Part shown: piece by piece, positions 1 through 15,577 of the stretch
Layout of the letters: each line of letters starts with the position of its first letter
Position numbering within the stretch: position 1 is the stretch's first letter
NCBI RefSeq assembly: GCF_006345805.1
Contig: NC_043002.1
Location: 7,378,001 to 7,442,000 of the forward strand
DNA: 64,000 nt
Reading direction: 5' to 3'
From: Octopus sinensis
Taxonomy: Eukaryota
Program-made: the position numbers and the translations under genes
Notes under the pieces: generated by a model
The model's input: only the letters and a program-made list of their open reading frames with translations
Told to the model about the DNA's origin: nothing
Database searches by the model: none

Positions 1-29
1 AAAAGGACATATACAAACACACACACACA

Positions 30-178
30 CACGACGGACTTCTTCCAGTAAACGTTTACAAAATCCATTTACAATCTTTGACTAACTTGAAGCTGTTGTA
101 GAAGACCCTTGCCCAGGGAGCGCTGCAGTGAGATTGAACCCGAAACCACATGGTTGGATGGCAAGCTTCTTAATCATA
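30..178 (-). mobile_element. SINE family B, head/core fragment
   Basis: Reverse complement matches the head and 'ttgggcaag' core of the fuller copy at 45564-45977; decayed. Confidence 0.6.
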
Positions 179-270
179 TATATATTTATATAGTAAACAT
201 GTGTATGTATTATATATATATATATATATATATGCGCTTATATATATTTATATAGTATACATGTGTGTGT

Positions 271-351
<81 letters not shown>

Positions 352-3300
352 CCAGTAATACATTGATCCGTTATCTATTTACTATATAGTACTACATACA
401 AGACTTTAGCCTTTTCACTATTCCGAAAAATAAAGAAGGAAAGAAAAATCAATATTTGATCTACGCTTATTCTAACTTGAGTTATTACCCCGCTTGCTCT
501 ATCACTAAGCAATATATTTTGTCGAAATTGCTTGTCTGTAGTATGTCTTTCAGGAGACTCCTTCTGAACTAGCGTCAGATTTCATTATCTCATGGATACT
601 TTATTAATTATTTTGAAAAGTATTACCCCTTCATTTTCCTTGTTCTCAAAGTCCATCCTTCATGAGTCTGTACATTTAATTACGCAGCCAATCAGGCGTC
701 CGTCTTTTCAATAGTAAAATGGCGTTTATTCTCTTTCCTTCTCAGGCGTCTCTCTCTCTTTCACTCCCTCTCTTTCAATTCTTTCTTTCTGTAACTCTAC
801 AGTATTTCGTTGTTGTTCTTTCACTTATTCAGATCGCTCTTTCTCAATCACCCACTGCATTAAACCAGCTTTGACAGCTCCACCCCACATGCCATCTTTA
901 TGTCAGTGATCAAAAGCTAAATAAGAAATGATACCGAAACTTCTTTTATTGCAGCGAAGGATGTCGAAAGAGTTGTCGGATGAAATGACCCAGATATCAC
1001 TAGTACTTGTTTTTCTGATTCCGTGCAGTCAGCATCCGATGGAATATTGTTGGTGAAGCGATGATTCTTAATCAAGTGGACACTTGAAACACCATTGAAC
1101 GATCCACAAAATCCTAATATTACAGAGAAGACTATTTTACAGAGCTTTTATCGCGGTGTAACAACGACACAGCCTCTGTGTTTGCTCGATCTGACAGAAA
1201 TAAGAAATAAATCTCAACTGAATCACTCTTTACCATCTTTTACAAAAAGCACATTGGATAATGTACTCTTAGATACATTACTTCTATAAGAAAAAAAGAC
1301 AGACGTGTTGGTCACTGTTGGAACATCTCCGATGATATGTTAAACAGCAGCAACATGTCCTGGTCCATTATCAATCCAACACAAGCGATTAGTAAATTTC
1401 AGTAATTCATGATAAATCATATGTTAAAATTATATTCCCGCCCCCCTATCCATTGCATGAACATAGTAAGAACGTTGAGCGTGTGTCTCGAATACAATGT
1501 AGCATTACTCGGGTGATCAGATACAGGCCACCACCGAGATTCAGTACTGCTACTTTCCCATGCAAATAGTACATTCGTTATATATGTGTGTGTTTGTATG
1601 TATGTGTGTTTGTATGAATGAGTTTTTGTATGAATGTGTATGTGTATTTAAATTGAACTTAAGACGAAACATGAAAACATCTGCTACAGTAACCAGAACA
1701 ATCAAAAAGCATTCGATTTGTTAGAAACAGCAACCATTAGCCCCTGAAATCACACAACCGAAAGGAAAGGTGGTAATACAGTGTACCTAATGCTGCAAGA
1801 GGTACATTATATTTCAAAAACAAGATGGTCCAAGCTAGAATACATTTGATTATAGCTCCACTGCATCACTGGCTTACATGGGGCTAAACAACAACCTCGA
1901 CTCCGAGGAACCTTCTTTTTGATGGCTCTTCCTACTAGAAATAGCAGCTTAATCTCTCTTATCATTATTCTAATTCTCTTGCAAAGTAAATGACTAGCTG
2001 TTGGTTTCCGTTTCTCCTACCCTGACTGCCTCTCTTCCGGTTTCCCTCTTATTCTTATTTCTCTAAAACACCCAGAGAAGCTTTCAAGTTATAAAAAAAA
2101 AAAATCTTGAATGCTATATTAATTATTTTTCATAAATTATTACCCTTTCGCTCCCTTTGTTACATCCCCTATGAGCCAGTACATTTAATTAAACAGCCAA
2201 TCAGGCGTCTATATCTCACCACTGAAATAGCATTCAGTCTGCCGGCTTCCTAGCCACCCCGACATCTCTCTCCCTCTCACTCACTCTCTTTCTCCTTCTC
2301 TCTCTCTCTTCATTACACCACCCCGACCCAATAGGTTCCGGCTGTTTCCCTTACGCTCTTGCCTTCTTATCTTCTAATAGTTATATTGTTTTTATCCTCC
2401 TCTTTTCTTTCTCTCTAGATGTGCAACATACGTATGTAAGCATGTATGTGTGTGTGTATACATATATACATATGCATACAATGTGTACTTATATACACAT
2501 ATATAAGCATATCTCCCCTCCCCGCGTTATGGCTACTTCAGTTTACGAGATTCCGCATTTTCGTAAATTGTAAGGAATGACCAAAAACTTTGCAATATGG
2601 TCCGTAATTTCAGTTACAGAAACTTGAATCAAATTAACAACTTACATTCTTCCCTTTCTTAGTCAAAAGCTTCTTGGTATGTTTAGCTAGTTTACAATCT
2701 CACTTCTATAATCACGATGCATACATTTATGTACATCCATATGAGCTTGTGTTTTTATATTTTCTTGTCTAATAAAAAGTATATATACATACATACATAT
2801 ACACACACACACACACACACACGTATGTATGTATGTATGTATGTATGTATGTATGTATGTATGTATGTATGTATGTATGTATGTTATGTATGTATGTATT
2901 GTATGTATGTATGTATGTATGTAGTATGTATGTATGTATGTATGATGTATGTATGTATGTTGTATGTATGTATGTAAGTTCAGCAAAATTTAGATTCAGA
3001 TGAATATGGTACTTAAGTCAGATGCACCAGAATTTCGTACGGTGTTATCCATATAAATCCATGGGGTGATTATAATCAAAGTAAGCAACAAGAATATCTT
3101 CGGTAGATATTCTTGTTGCTTACTTTGATTATATATATATATATATATGTGTGTGTATATATACTGTATGTAAATCAATCTTCACAAACACCATTGTATA
3201 TACCAATTCCAAAACCAATACAATCACAGTGATCACTAACTCCCCAAATCTTTCATGACCAACAAGAGAGCTATCTAAAATAAAAGACAATGGCATGAGA

Positions 3301-3779
3301 TAACGTGGTACCCTGGTGCATTTCAAAAGTTGAATGAAATTTCTTTGGTCTTAATTCTATGATGGTTGAGATTAATCATCTACAACAGTACCGATAACAA
3401 GAACAATATGACCACCACCATCACCAACACCAAAACCATTTATCAGTTATCTTTTGAACTAAAGGCAATGACATGACTGGCAACAACAAGAATAGTATCA
3501 ATATAGTAATGTCTGTAGCTATATATGTTGTATGTCAACACAACGGACAGCGTGTGTGTGTGTGTGTGTGTGTGAGTGAGAGAGAGAGAGTGTGTGTGTG
3601 TGTGTGTGGCGTTTTTTTATAGTTTAAGTCATAGTTATAAGGGACGAAATCTTCAAGAACCTGGTAATATTTCAACTAACAGTAATCAAACAGTACTTCC
3701 ATGTGTTTTGTTCCTAGAAAACAATTCTTTCCTGGTGATTCTTTTCCATATTTATGATGGATAATTGTTGATCGCCGCC

Positions 3780-4700
3780 ACTTTTGGATTTACAATTCAA
3801 GATACTTCGAAAGAAAACATCAGGTGAAACTGAAGGCATTAGTGCGAAATGTAACCATGATGAGATTACACTGAATATCAAAAAGGCTTGATGTGAAAGA
3901 AATTATCAACAACATTGCCAAAACATTAAAGGCTACACCACCTATATTGGGGACGATACATGACAATAGACATAAAAATTAAAACTCTTTTCGTAGAGTG
4001 GTTTACAAACACATTTTGTAATAAGATACAGTGTTCGACATATTTCCAGCAAAACCTTTGTTCCTTTAAGGCAATTCAACAAGCCACCTAATGAAATTAA
4101 ATGAGCTTTCTAATAATATGAAAGTAGAATTTATCTCCAAGAATACAACTGCTTTGGTTCATTCACTATATTGAGATGGGATAACTAACTTCAAAGCTAA
4201 GGAAGATAAGCCTGCGATTATAGACTTCTGGAAGAAATACAATCTAACGGATAATGTGGATAACATATCTATGTCATATGATGAAGGGAAACCGTCAAAT
4301 GTGGATGATGCTTGGGAAAATATATGGCCAGACAGCATCAAATTTGTAAAGATGTTGTGACATATATGATATAGGGTTTCAAGAAGTCATAGAGTAAATG
4401 ATGTAGTTGAGTTGCTTAGTGTCCCATAGAGAAAGTTTATCAAGAAAAGGACTCAGGCTGCAAGAACAAGAGAAAGCTGAGAATTTTTAAATGAAATTAG
4501 GAAAATTCCACTAATTCTACTTTAATTGACTGCAATGAATACTACTAAAAGTTTGGCATTTATAGAATTAGGTCCGCAAGTTTTTGTTCACAACGAACTA
4601 ATAATGAAGGTAACACACAAACTGCATGATGAGTTTACAATGAGATCTACCCCTGCGATGAGCTGCACAAAGAACTGTGGATAAGTTCTTCACTCTTAAA
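3780..4700 (+). pseudogene. pogo/Tigger (DDE_1, CENP-B-like) transposase relic
   Basis: Hand translation from 3987 gives LFVEWFTNTFC...FKAI. After a frameshift it gives KVEFISKNTTALV..*DGITNFKA..KPAIIDFWKKYNLTDNVDNISMSYDEGKPSNVDDAWENIWPD (to 4333). This follows the Tigger pattern LFxEWF..; FLPPNTTxLxQPxDQGxIxxFKA; EFWKxxNI; AWKKLWP. Contains stops and frameshifts; outer limits approximate. Confidence 0.8.
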
Positions 4701-4994
4701 ACGGGTGTTGATGATGAACTATAAGATAGGTAATATTTGACCATCTTCCCAGTAATTGCTATTCGACCTCCTTACACAGAAGTCCACATCTTTTTGGTAA
4801 GCACATCCACAATGACAATACTATGATTCTTAATTATTCCCTAAAGTATTTTCATATTGCACTGTGTTTTGTTTAGAAAATATTTTCACTCATGGAAATG
4901 GACGATTTGGATTATTTTTTTCTAGAAAGCTATTATATTCGTAACTCGAGCGATTTTTGTATGTTAGTGATTGGCTGTATGTATGAACGAGTGT

Positions 4995-5043
<49 letters not shown>

Positions 5044-7270
5044 TACACACATATTCAAACACACAAAAAAAAACACACTTCAGACCTTGCTCACATTAAA
5101 TTCATAATAGTGTCTAAATTTAATTTGAACATAATCTATACTAAAGACATCTATACTACTCATAACTATAAGATATTTTTTTCTTTTCAGAAGCAAAGAG
5201 TATCACATATTTTGAAACCTACAAAATTCTTAAGAACATTTTTAAATGCATGTGGTGTATATACTCGGGGAATAATCTAAAAACCTCACAAGTATGAGAA
5301 AAAAAGAGAAGGCTATAAAATGAAAGAGATATGGATTGACTTTTATGTATGTCTATATGTATGGATGCATACATACATAGACCTTGTTTGTATTTTGTTA
5401 CCCAGAATGACATTTAAGTTTCAGCTGGTTATGTGAAAAGGTTAATGAATTTGTTGGATATTTTTGGAATCCGTAGAATATCACATTATGATCCTATCGA
5501 AATAATTAAGCTAACATAAATATGCTAAACTTTATTAAAGATAATCAAGGAAAAATAACCCAACCAATCAAACAATAAAGAAAAGTGAATAATTACAGTT
5601 CTCCCGCGCCTTATCAGTTCATATTTAACATTCCACGATAACGAGGGAGCACATATATAGACACTGAATTTGAGCCGCTAAAAATAACAACTAAACCTCC
5701 CTCCTCTCATTCCCTATAGACTTAAAAAAGGAACTCCCGAAATGATCTGATCGTAGGTTCTCTAGGAAACAGACGTGAAGGTCACGACTGGAATGCATTT
5801 GATTATAGGTTAGCTTGAAACTGAACAACAACGTATGACAAGAGTTAACAAAGGATCGCCTATGCGGTCATTCTGCTAGAAATTACAAAACTCCATCACA
5901 TCACACTCTATGAAATAAATGATACACTGATTGTTGTAGATTGGCAGTATAAAACAGGACGGCCATAGTTATAACGTCATTGCTTCTAAGTTTGCTCGTT
6001 CAGAGCCGATCACGGACAAAACAACGACGAGTATTCATCCATAGAGTCTGTCAGCCAACCTAACCCTCAATGGTGATGGGGAAATATATGAGAAACAGCA
6101 CGTACATGACGAGAGAGAATTTCTGTTTTCAGGACTACAATACCGGAAGTCTCAATATTATTGAATTTCCTTTTGACACGACCACCATGAAAAAGAAAAC
6201 CAAAAACCAAAACAAAAAAAAACAAAAAAAAGAACTCGACTATGATTCACTTCATTTCATAATTTGTTTTCTCTACTCGGTGCAATAAGATTGATACTGC
6301 TTTGACAGCAATATGAATCTTATTGCAGATTTTGTCAAATACCTGACGCATATAAGTCTCTCCAAATCTATAATAAGAATGCTATATTGCAACAACTCTA
6401 TTTCTTACAGACACACACATAATGTGTGTTTGTGTGTGTACGTGAACGCACAAACATAAGCACATGTACACAAAGACCAAGTATATATACTGTATGGTAT
6501 TTGACATCTATGTATTTGTCTATGGGGCTCTGGCCACTTTGAGTTATCTTCCTTTGCTAATTTCTGTTTAATTGATGCACATTACTAAGTCCCCAAAAAG
6601 TATTCCTTGCTTTTTGTATATATGCCTATGTCGCTTGGTTACTGGAAATAAGTTGGGACAATTGTCTTATTGATGGCCTATAGAGGTAGAAAAACGTGTA
6701 AAAACTGCTCTTATGTTTGAACGTTAAGCAGATTAACTTTGGAAATTCCTTCATTCTGGAGATTATCTCCTCTTGTCATATGGGGCAGTTTTCATTTGTT
6801 GATTGTAAAACAATCTCTAGAAATAGGAATCCAGAATTTATGTTGTATGGTCTTATAGAAACGTACAACCGGTTCATGTTCTTGCTGTCTCAAATCATTT
6901 CAGTTTGCGAATGAATGGTTGGCATCATGAGTTTTTGTATATCAGTGTTTAAATTTTAAAATGTGTCTCAAAGCGAGAAGTAGTATATTGGAGTTGAACT
7001 GCGAAATAATCTGTATAACAAAGTATGAATTACGTAAAATTTATATAGGAGCAGTTGAACGTGAAGAAAATGGTCAATACATAGGTGTATATATATATAA
7101 GAAATAAATATCTATATGTGTGTGTATATATAGAGATAGATAGATAGATAGATATATACATACATACATACATAGATGTAGATATATAGCTATATAGTAA
7201 ATAGATATATATATAATAGATATATATAGAGACATACAGATATATATTATATAACATATATATAATAGAT

Positions 7271-7324
<54 letters not shown>

Positions 7325-7425
7325 ATATGTATGTATGTATCATCGCCATGATTGACCGCTGGCTATTAAAGATCTCTTTTTCTATTCTCTCCCACTTTTT
7401 ATTATCTGTTTATTTTCTCGTGTTC

Positions 7426-7461
7426 CTTTCTGTTGAAGGGCGTAGGCTCGAAACATAAAAA
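7426..7461 (+). ncRNA. degenerate minimal hammerhead-like motif (A6U) in a short (TA)n-flanked repeat (~7340-7550)
   Basis: cttt-CTGTTGA-a-gggc(gtag)gctc-GAAAC-AT-A-aaaa. Same layout as the motifs at 27099 and 62380; deviates at core position 6 and in stem III. Confidence 0.4.
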
Positions 7462-7548
7462 ACTTTCTCACCTTCCCGCGCGTTAAACTAATACACCCTG
7501 TTTGTTGTTTACACACCTGTCTTCTTGTTGTTTTTTGTGATATATGAT

Positions 7549-7580
<32 letters not shown>

Positions 7581-8120
7581 ATATTATATATATATATATG
7601 CATATATATATTATTCTACATATACATATATGTATATATGAATATATTCATGCATATATATCTATATATATATATATACACACATATGTATACATATATA
7701 AATATAGCTATGCATATATATAATAGATATATATGCAGATATATATTTAATATATATATATATATTCACGTATATATATAATCATATATATCTCTATGCA
7801 TATATATATTATTCTACATATACATATATGTATATATGAATATATTCATGCATATATATCTATATATATATATATTTGATGTTAACGCGAAAAGATTGTT
7901 TGAAAATCATGGTGAATGAGTTTTCAGAAGTTATTTTCTCTCAATGATATTTCATAAGCGCCTTCAAGACATAGATTACATGATGTTTTAATACTGAGAA
8001 TTCTGCTTAGATGATAGTGTCCCACTTGATGTTAGATTATTTCTTTTTGTTTGATTGAATAGAGGGTCGCTTTCGCTTCTAAATGAGTTAGTTGCAACAC
8101 TGTTTCACATATGTGTGTGA

Positions 8121-8167
<47 letters not shown>

Positions 8168-8183
8168 TATATGTATGTATATT

Positions 8184-8349
8184 AGGCGTGACTGTGAAAT
8201 AAGAAGCCTGCTTCCCAGCCACATGGTTCTGAGTTCAGTCTCATTGTGTGGCACCTTGGGCAAGTGTCTGCTACTATAGCCTCGGGTAGACCAAAGCCTT
8301 GTGAGTGGATTTGGTCAACGAAAGCTGGAAGAAGCCCGTCGTATATAAA

Positions 8350-8402
<53 letters not shown>

Positions 8403-8606
8403 TGTCTAACTGTTTGTACCCCCGCCATCACTTCACCACCGATGCTGGTGTGTTTATGTCCCTGAAATCTAACAGTTCAGCAAAAGTGATCGATAGCTTA
8501 AGTACTGGGCTTACAAAGAATAAATCATGAGGTCGATGTCTTCGACTAACACCCTTCAAGGCGTTGCTCCAGCATCGACGGAGCAAATGACTGAAACAAG
8601 TAAAAG
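8184..8606 (+). mobile_element. SINE family B, near full length, with internal (TG)n
   Basis: Head with B-box-like 'gagttcagtc', core 'ggcaccttgggcaagtgtc', internal (TG)n, 3' half ending 'aaatgactgaaacaagtaaaag'. Confidence 0.8.
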
Positions 8607-8879
8607 TACGTACATGTGCGCGTGCGTGAGGTCACCTCTGGTATTTCTTATTGAGTGCTAGTGGTAAATAAAATCCAGCACAACTTTATGGTTGGTTGTG
8701 TAGGTTCAACTAGTGTAGGTTCAACGACTTTCTAGCAATGGCGCGGGCCCTCATAAATTGTAGGTTGGTCACTGGTGTGCTAGAAGACCACTAGGATTGT
8801 GGAACCCTTTAGATTTCTTAATCATGCCTCTGGGAGGTCAAGTTGTTATAAAATCAGATATGCAAAAAATGGGCATTGA

Positions 8880-9330
8880 ATACTTTGGGGATCTTTTATT
8901 CGCACTTGAGATCATGGCGCTTCCACATTCCTGAGCATGCGGTCCATATAGGCACTGGATATTTTGTCCCGACTAGTCTCTGGATTATGTTAATCGGTTG
9001 GAGAGGGTCTGTGAGGAGCTGTGCAAGATTTATTTGACCTAAAATTGCAGGTTGTACAATCGCCGGCGAGGCAGCTATCCGATGCCTAGTTGATTGTATG
9101 AGGTGTAGTCAGAAAGTATCTGTCCTTGAGTTGTTTTTTGTTTTTTTGCACAAAATAATGATGCCTGAGTAAACTCCGCATGGGTATTAGGTGACGGTGT
9201 CCTTCCGGAGTTTTAACACCCAGAAACTCGGGTCCGTGTGTATCACATCAGGCTGGAGATGGGAACGATGACTTCCCTTTGCAAATATTGATAGGGCACA
9301 GAAAGTGTGTCAATAGCCGGTTGTAGATGT
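8880..9330 (-). pseudogene. possible L1/Tx1-type AP endonuclease relic
   Basis: Minus-strand fragments VYSGIIILC and CLAGDCT, in the order expected for GVAIL and GDFN motifs; heavily decayed. Confidence 0.3.
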
Positions 9331-9400
9331 CTTCCTGGGGCTACAGTAGTATCAACCCTTAAGGGTTACCCACATTTAAGTGGCAAATATATTTCACGAT

Positions 9401-9458
<58 letters not shown>

Positions 9459-10289
9459 CTAGTGTGTTTAATTGCTAAATAATTTTTTTTAAACGCACAC
9501 ATGTATACAGGTATAATAATTCGGGCATTATATGATTATTCTTTCCATGAATCTTTGTAATCAGTTACATAGACGTCGGTTAATTGCTTTTATGGCTCTC
9601 AAGAGAAATACAAGAGAGATGTGAAGAAGATGAAGACTTTCCCAAGATCTTTGAAACCTCTGTGAAATGAATGGGCTGAGATATAGCTGGGAATGAAAGC
9701 TGAGAATCACATGTGTCTCAAGTTTTCAGTGCATACATACCGATATATTTACACAAACATGTAAGTACATATCTGTTCGTGGATATATGTGCGAAATATA
9801 TTAATATATGTGTGCGTGCATTATGTATGTGTGTGTGTGTTGCGTGTGTGTGTGTGTGTATTCGAATCATATGATTTATGACAAAACAAATACAAGAACC
9901 TCTTCGAGAAAACCTTGGAAGGAAGCCATATATATAATCAAAAAATATCAGTGAAAATCTATTGGTATTTTTGCCTGCATTCATTTAACATTTAGGGTTA
10001 AAAGACAAACGAAATTATATATATACATGTGTGTATAGATACATGCAGATGTGTATATGTGTGTGTCAGTGTGTGTGTCAGTGTGTATGTCTGTGCGATT
10101 TGGTTTACACAGCTATATGTGCAAATCTTATTAAACACAGATCCTGTCACATAATTCAGATTCATATAGAATTCTGTACTGGTTATATTACACCAGCAAG
10201 AGACATATTTATGGGCATACATGTACATTTTTATGTGTTGTAATCATTTGGCTTCTTATATATACATACATACATATGTATGCGTGTAT

Positions 10290-10745
10290 ATTCATTCATT
10301 CATATATATATGCATGTATATATATGCATGTATATATATATATGCATATATATATATATGCATGTATATATATATATGCATGTATATATATATATATATG
10401 CATGTATATATATAATATGCATGTATATAATATATATATGCATGTATATATATATATATATATATTATATATGATGTATATATATATATATATTATATAT
10501 AATATATATATATATGCATGTATATATATATATATATATGCATGTATATATATATATATATGCATGTATATATATATATGCATGTATATATATATATATA
10601 TATATATATATGCATGTATATATATATACATACACATATATGTATGTATATATATACATATATATGTATGTATATATACATATATATAGTTAATCCAAAC
10701 AAGAAAGCGCAAAAAAACACAACATATACATATATATATATATAT
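10290..10745. repeat. compound (TA)n microsatellite with recurring ATGCAT unit
   Basis: Repeated 'tatatatatgcatgtatatata' units; source of several spurious ORFs. Confidence 0.95.
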
Positions 10746-12640
10746 ATATACGTACATGCAATCATATTATATGCACGCACATACATATATGTATATACAT
10801 ATCTATATACATACATTGATTGGCGTCGTTTGATCATCTGTTCTGCCTACTACGTTGTTTGTGAGTACAAGTGACCAAGTATTCCACGAACATTTGTATT
10901 CTAAAAAAGCCCACCTCAGGCAAACTGCGAACTTAACAGAGAGTGGCCCTTTCAATTACGGCGACAATCCTTCGGACATGCTTCCACATAAGACAAAAGT
11001 AGATAATATGCAGAGGTTTGAAGCCTGATAGAGTGAACCCCTTGATCGTTTGACTGAGTTTATGTGCTTAAGAGTGAGTTTCAGAGTAGGCAGTGAGTAT
11101 CGTATACAATAAATTCTTGATAAATCAAATGTATGACATGTATTTGATTGGCAATCTGACTTAAGGTCACTGTTACGTCCACAAAAAGCTTTTGAGAAAG
11201 GCATGAACGTCACAACACTTCTAATCTGTTTATAGATACTGCTAATCTATAAACAGATGAACTAATTATCTTTATATATCGGTATATTAGTTAGTGTTAC
11301 TATGATATTTCACTGTTGCAACTAGTCGCATACAGTCATCCTTGAAAGCATAGGCTATTGCATACATAAACGCGTAAGAGGACCCTATCATGCTTGTAGT
11401 TTCAAGCACCGAAGCACAGTCAGACACACATACACACTAAGACATATATGTATTTTATACTTAGACAATGTCAATCACCACCTACATTGCAGAGCTGGGA
11501 AGCACCACAAACATTGCAATGTAAAAATACACGCGCGGGAGAGAGCGAGAGAGTGAGAAAGAAAGAGTCATTTCCATACATAGAATTTGAAATCACCTGA
11601 AACACATCAACGCATAGATACAGAGATGCATATACACATGAATATAATCCATATACAAACGCGGATATAGACACTGCAAACATATCAAACCTATAAATTC
11701 AAGAACAGCAACAAAGAAAAAAAATAGACCGAACACACATACACAAACATCACATAAGTGCACTTGCTTACTAAAACAGTTGCAAAGCGCAACAATCACT
11801 CTGGTTTACGAATACATATACAGTCACATTCACTTAGATATATACATATATACGCAAATACAAATTTACAAAACACAGAGCGGGTGGGGAGGAGGGGGAT
11901 AAGGATATGCCTAACTTAGTTACTACTGACTGACGAAGGCGAAAGGTTTGCCAATGGATTACTGCTCGTAATAAAACATGTATGAAAGGATAGTGAGAAC
12001 AGCAACAACAATACTTACTGTCTACAAAAGCGCAACTTTACATTTTTGCTCTGTGTGTGAATGTATGCGTGTGAGTGTGTGTGTGTGTAAGTATGTATAT
12101 ATATATATAGATAGATAGATGCATTTATATATATACATAGTATGTATGTGTACTTATACTTGTGTTTTTTTTATTATTCTTACACGATTTTTCCCCTTCT
12201 TCGGGTTTCTATTCCCTCTATAACATTCTGTAGTTATAAAGTGCTATATATCCCCTAGATATTTATTAGACATGTCAAGCTATAAACATGAATACATGTA
12301 CTTCCATTCCATTTCCATATGAAATTCTTCCTTGTTTCTGTAATTCCTTGTCCATCCCACCCCCCACCCCCACTTCTCCCTCCGTCTCTCATGTAAGTCT
12401 TTCTATTTCTTGTTTAGATAAATTTTTTTTCTTTTCTTTTTATGTATTTACATAGAAATATATTTTCCTCCTCCTCCCGCTCACCCATTTTAATATACAT
12501 AATTTTTGTTTTTATTTTTGCTTCTATATTCCCGTGTACTGATGTAAACACACCTTTCTTTCTGTACACACAAACACACGTACATATATAGATATATATA
12601 TAATGTGTGTGTGTGTGTTGTGGTGTGTGTGTGATGTATG

Positions 12641-12695
<55 letters not shown>

Positions 12696-12748
12696 GTTAT
12701 ATAGTATATATATATATATATATGTATGTGTATATATATATATATGTG

Positions 12749-12781
<33 letters not shown>

Positions 12782-13491
12782 GTGTGTGTGCGTGTGTATT
12801 TGCGTCTTTACTACCATTCTGCTCTTGCTATTACTACAAGCACATACAACAAATATATATCGTAAATTATATATGCACTTTCATACAAACACACACACAC
12901 ACGCACAGAAATAAGCATACCGCGGCTTTGTTTCTCTGAGTGCACTTGGAAAGACGAAATATGAAAAGATAAGCGAACACACTTGAATTTCTATGTCAAT
13001 ATGGAAATAAATTAATATTCATTTCTTTGTTATATCAATGAACATTTACAAGTAGTATTGTCTTTCCATTAAATAGTTTATTCCTCTTTGTATCCAAAGC
13101 TATGCTTATGAAAAAAAAAATTACTATTATCTATCAATGAAAAATATTTTATATAAACAAAGTTTACTTTTTGTAAGCGGTATCGCTTTAAATATACACG
13201 TGGTTATGTAGTTTCGTATACACGTGTGTGTGTGTGTGTGTGTATGGGTATGTTTGTGCATACAGGTGTAAACGGTGCAGATATTTCACAGCATAAACTA
13301 CAAAGGGAGGTAATTCCGTGAATGGACGTTTCCCAGTAGGTAGACGGCCGTTCAAGAACCGGTAGATGAAATTCTGGGATTAGTTGACGAAAACCCTTGA
13401 AACATGCGATTTATCATATGGGTGGAACTAATAAGAAGAAATTTATATCACACACACATACATGATATATATCTATATATATATATATATC

Positions 13492-13550
<59 letters not shown>

Positions 13551-13767
13551 ATATGTAAATAAGGATAAGATCGTTAATTTTAAAATAAAATAACGAACTT
13601 ATCAAGTGGTCAGCATGGAAAAAATACTTCAAAGGTAATAATTATTAAAATTATAAGTTAGGGTATCTACGAGATACCACCATGCTAAAAACAGCAGCCA
13701 CGAACCGGCTCTAAAACCACCTTAAGTTTTCATATAGCAACATGGAATACCCTAATCCTAATTTATA

Positions 13768-13816
<49 letters not shown>

Positions 13817-14831
13817 GGAGATTAAATATGTTTTTCTGTATCTTAACTTCTTAATCACGTCATTCTTATGCAAGCACATACATATTCACACACAGACGTG
13901 TGCGCGCGCATGCGTGTGTGTGTGTGTAAACATTGCACATGTGTAACCCACCCGGCTGTGAGACGGTCACGTGTCACTGGATTCACTTTACTTGCTTAAG
14001 GTTCACTACTTGTTCTAAAAATAATACCCCCTCCCCTATCACCGACAACCTCCTCCTCCGCCATTGATAATATTCTTTTAATTTTTTTATCACCCCTCTT
14101 TTTATTATTATTATTATTATTATTATCTTTCATTATATTTCGACCACTCCTCCCCCTCCTGTCACTCTGATTTCGTGTTACAAGGTTCACACAGCAAAGC
14201 AGAAGGAAACATCGACAATTAGGTGCAGATGTGCAAACCATTGCGTGAAAGTGTGCAACCAGGCGAACATGTATGATTTATAGCGGAAAGTGATACTAAA
14301 GTATTTGCTTTTTTGCTATTTTTCCTTTCTTTTTTGTCTTTCTTTTTCTTTATTTTTGTTTTACATTTTATTATTTGCAACTGGCACTTAGTGAAATAAT
14401 ATAGTAGTAGTAGTGAACAATAAAGTAAAATTTCTTGGATCACAACACTAAGTATGCTATAACACTGATCTATATATATATATATGTAGAAATAGCAGTG
14501 TCACTGAAGTACTGAGTGAAGTCTATCAAAGCCCTCCTTAAAGTCAATTTGACAGATAAGTTTTTAAAACCATATGACCTCAAGGAGAGCAGATGTTCTA
14601 TCATAGTAAATACAAAATGCTCAAAGGATGGAGTCACGCATATGTGATATAGGAGGGTGGGAAAACAGCAAAAACTCTTTAACTGAGATTATCAGACTAA
14701 TGAATGAATGAGAACTCCCTCATTGGAGGAGCTTATTATATGAAACAAGCTGGAAAGAATAGTATAGATCATGCACGTCAGTGGGCTAAGATAAAAAGGA
14801 CACACACACACACACACACCACACATATATA

Positions 14832-14870
<39 letters not shown>

Positions 14871-15172
14871 AATACACTGTTACCTGTCATATCACGGTAA
14901 CTTTGCAAGTGTAACCTTTGCAACCAGAGTTAATATCAGGAAATATGACACTTCTATTCAATAATTATGCAATTAGCTTTTAATAACTTTTTGGGTACTT
15001 ATACGTAACTATACAAAAAAATAATTTTCGGGAGAAAAATATTCATTAACTTAAAATGAAGTTAATTATAAAAATATTCAGAAAAATAAGAAACAAGTTT
15101 TTAAAAAAAAAACATTTGGCCACGTGTTGATTTTAAATCACTGAAGTACATTCATCCTCCCTCACTCCCTCT

Positions 15173-15211
<39 letters not shown>

Positions 15212-15221
15212 ATCTTCTATA

Positions 15222-15530
15222 TTTTACTTATTTCAGTCATTAGACTGCAGCCATGCTGGGACACGCCAGGAAGAATATTTTAGCCGAATTAATCAAGACC
15301 AGTGCTTATCTCTTTTCTATTTTTTTAAAGCCAGGAACTTATTCTATCGGTATCTTTTGCTGAACCGCTAATTTATGACGACGTGAATACACTAGAAAAT
15401 CCACTCACAAGGGTTTGGCCAGGCCGAGGTTGTAATAGAAAACACTTGCTCAGAGTGTCACGCAGTGAGTCTGAGCCCGGAAACATGTGGTTTGGAAGCA
15501 AGCCTCTTACCACGCAACCACGCCTTCGCC
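15222..15530 (-). mobile_element. SINE family B with internal deletion
   Basis: Tail 'ttacttatttcagtcatt' through head 'ttaccacgcaaccacgcc'; lacks the central microsatellite. Confidence 0.75.
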
Positions 15531-15531
15531 T

Positions 15532-15577
<46 letters not shown>

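Noticed and set aside
935-1070. Splice-acceptor-like 'cttcttttattgcag' followed by coding-looking sequence
   Set aside because: All three frames stop within about 40 codons, there is no good donor and no recognisable protein.
10860-11220. Possible Tc1/mariner transposase remnant (GDNP..., PLD...)
   Set aside because: Motif matches are too weak and no TIRs were found.
11928-11956. CTGACGA followed by a ggc/gcc hairpin (hammerhead-like)
   Set aside because: No GAAA after stem II and no stem I or III.
13380-13412. 'ttgacgaaaacccttgaaacatgc', a hammerhead-like remnant
   Set aside because: The 5' strand of stem II is missing and there is no valid cleavage triplet; at best a decayed relic.
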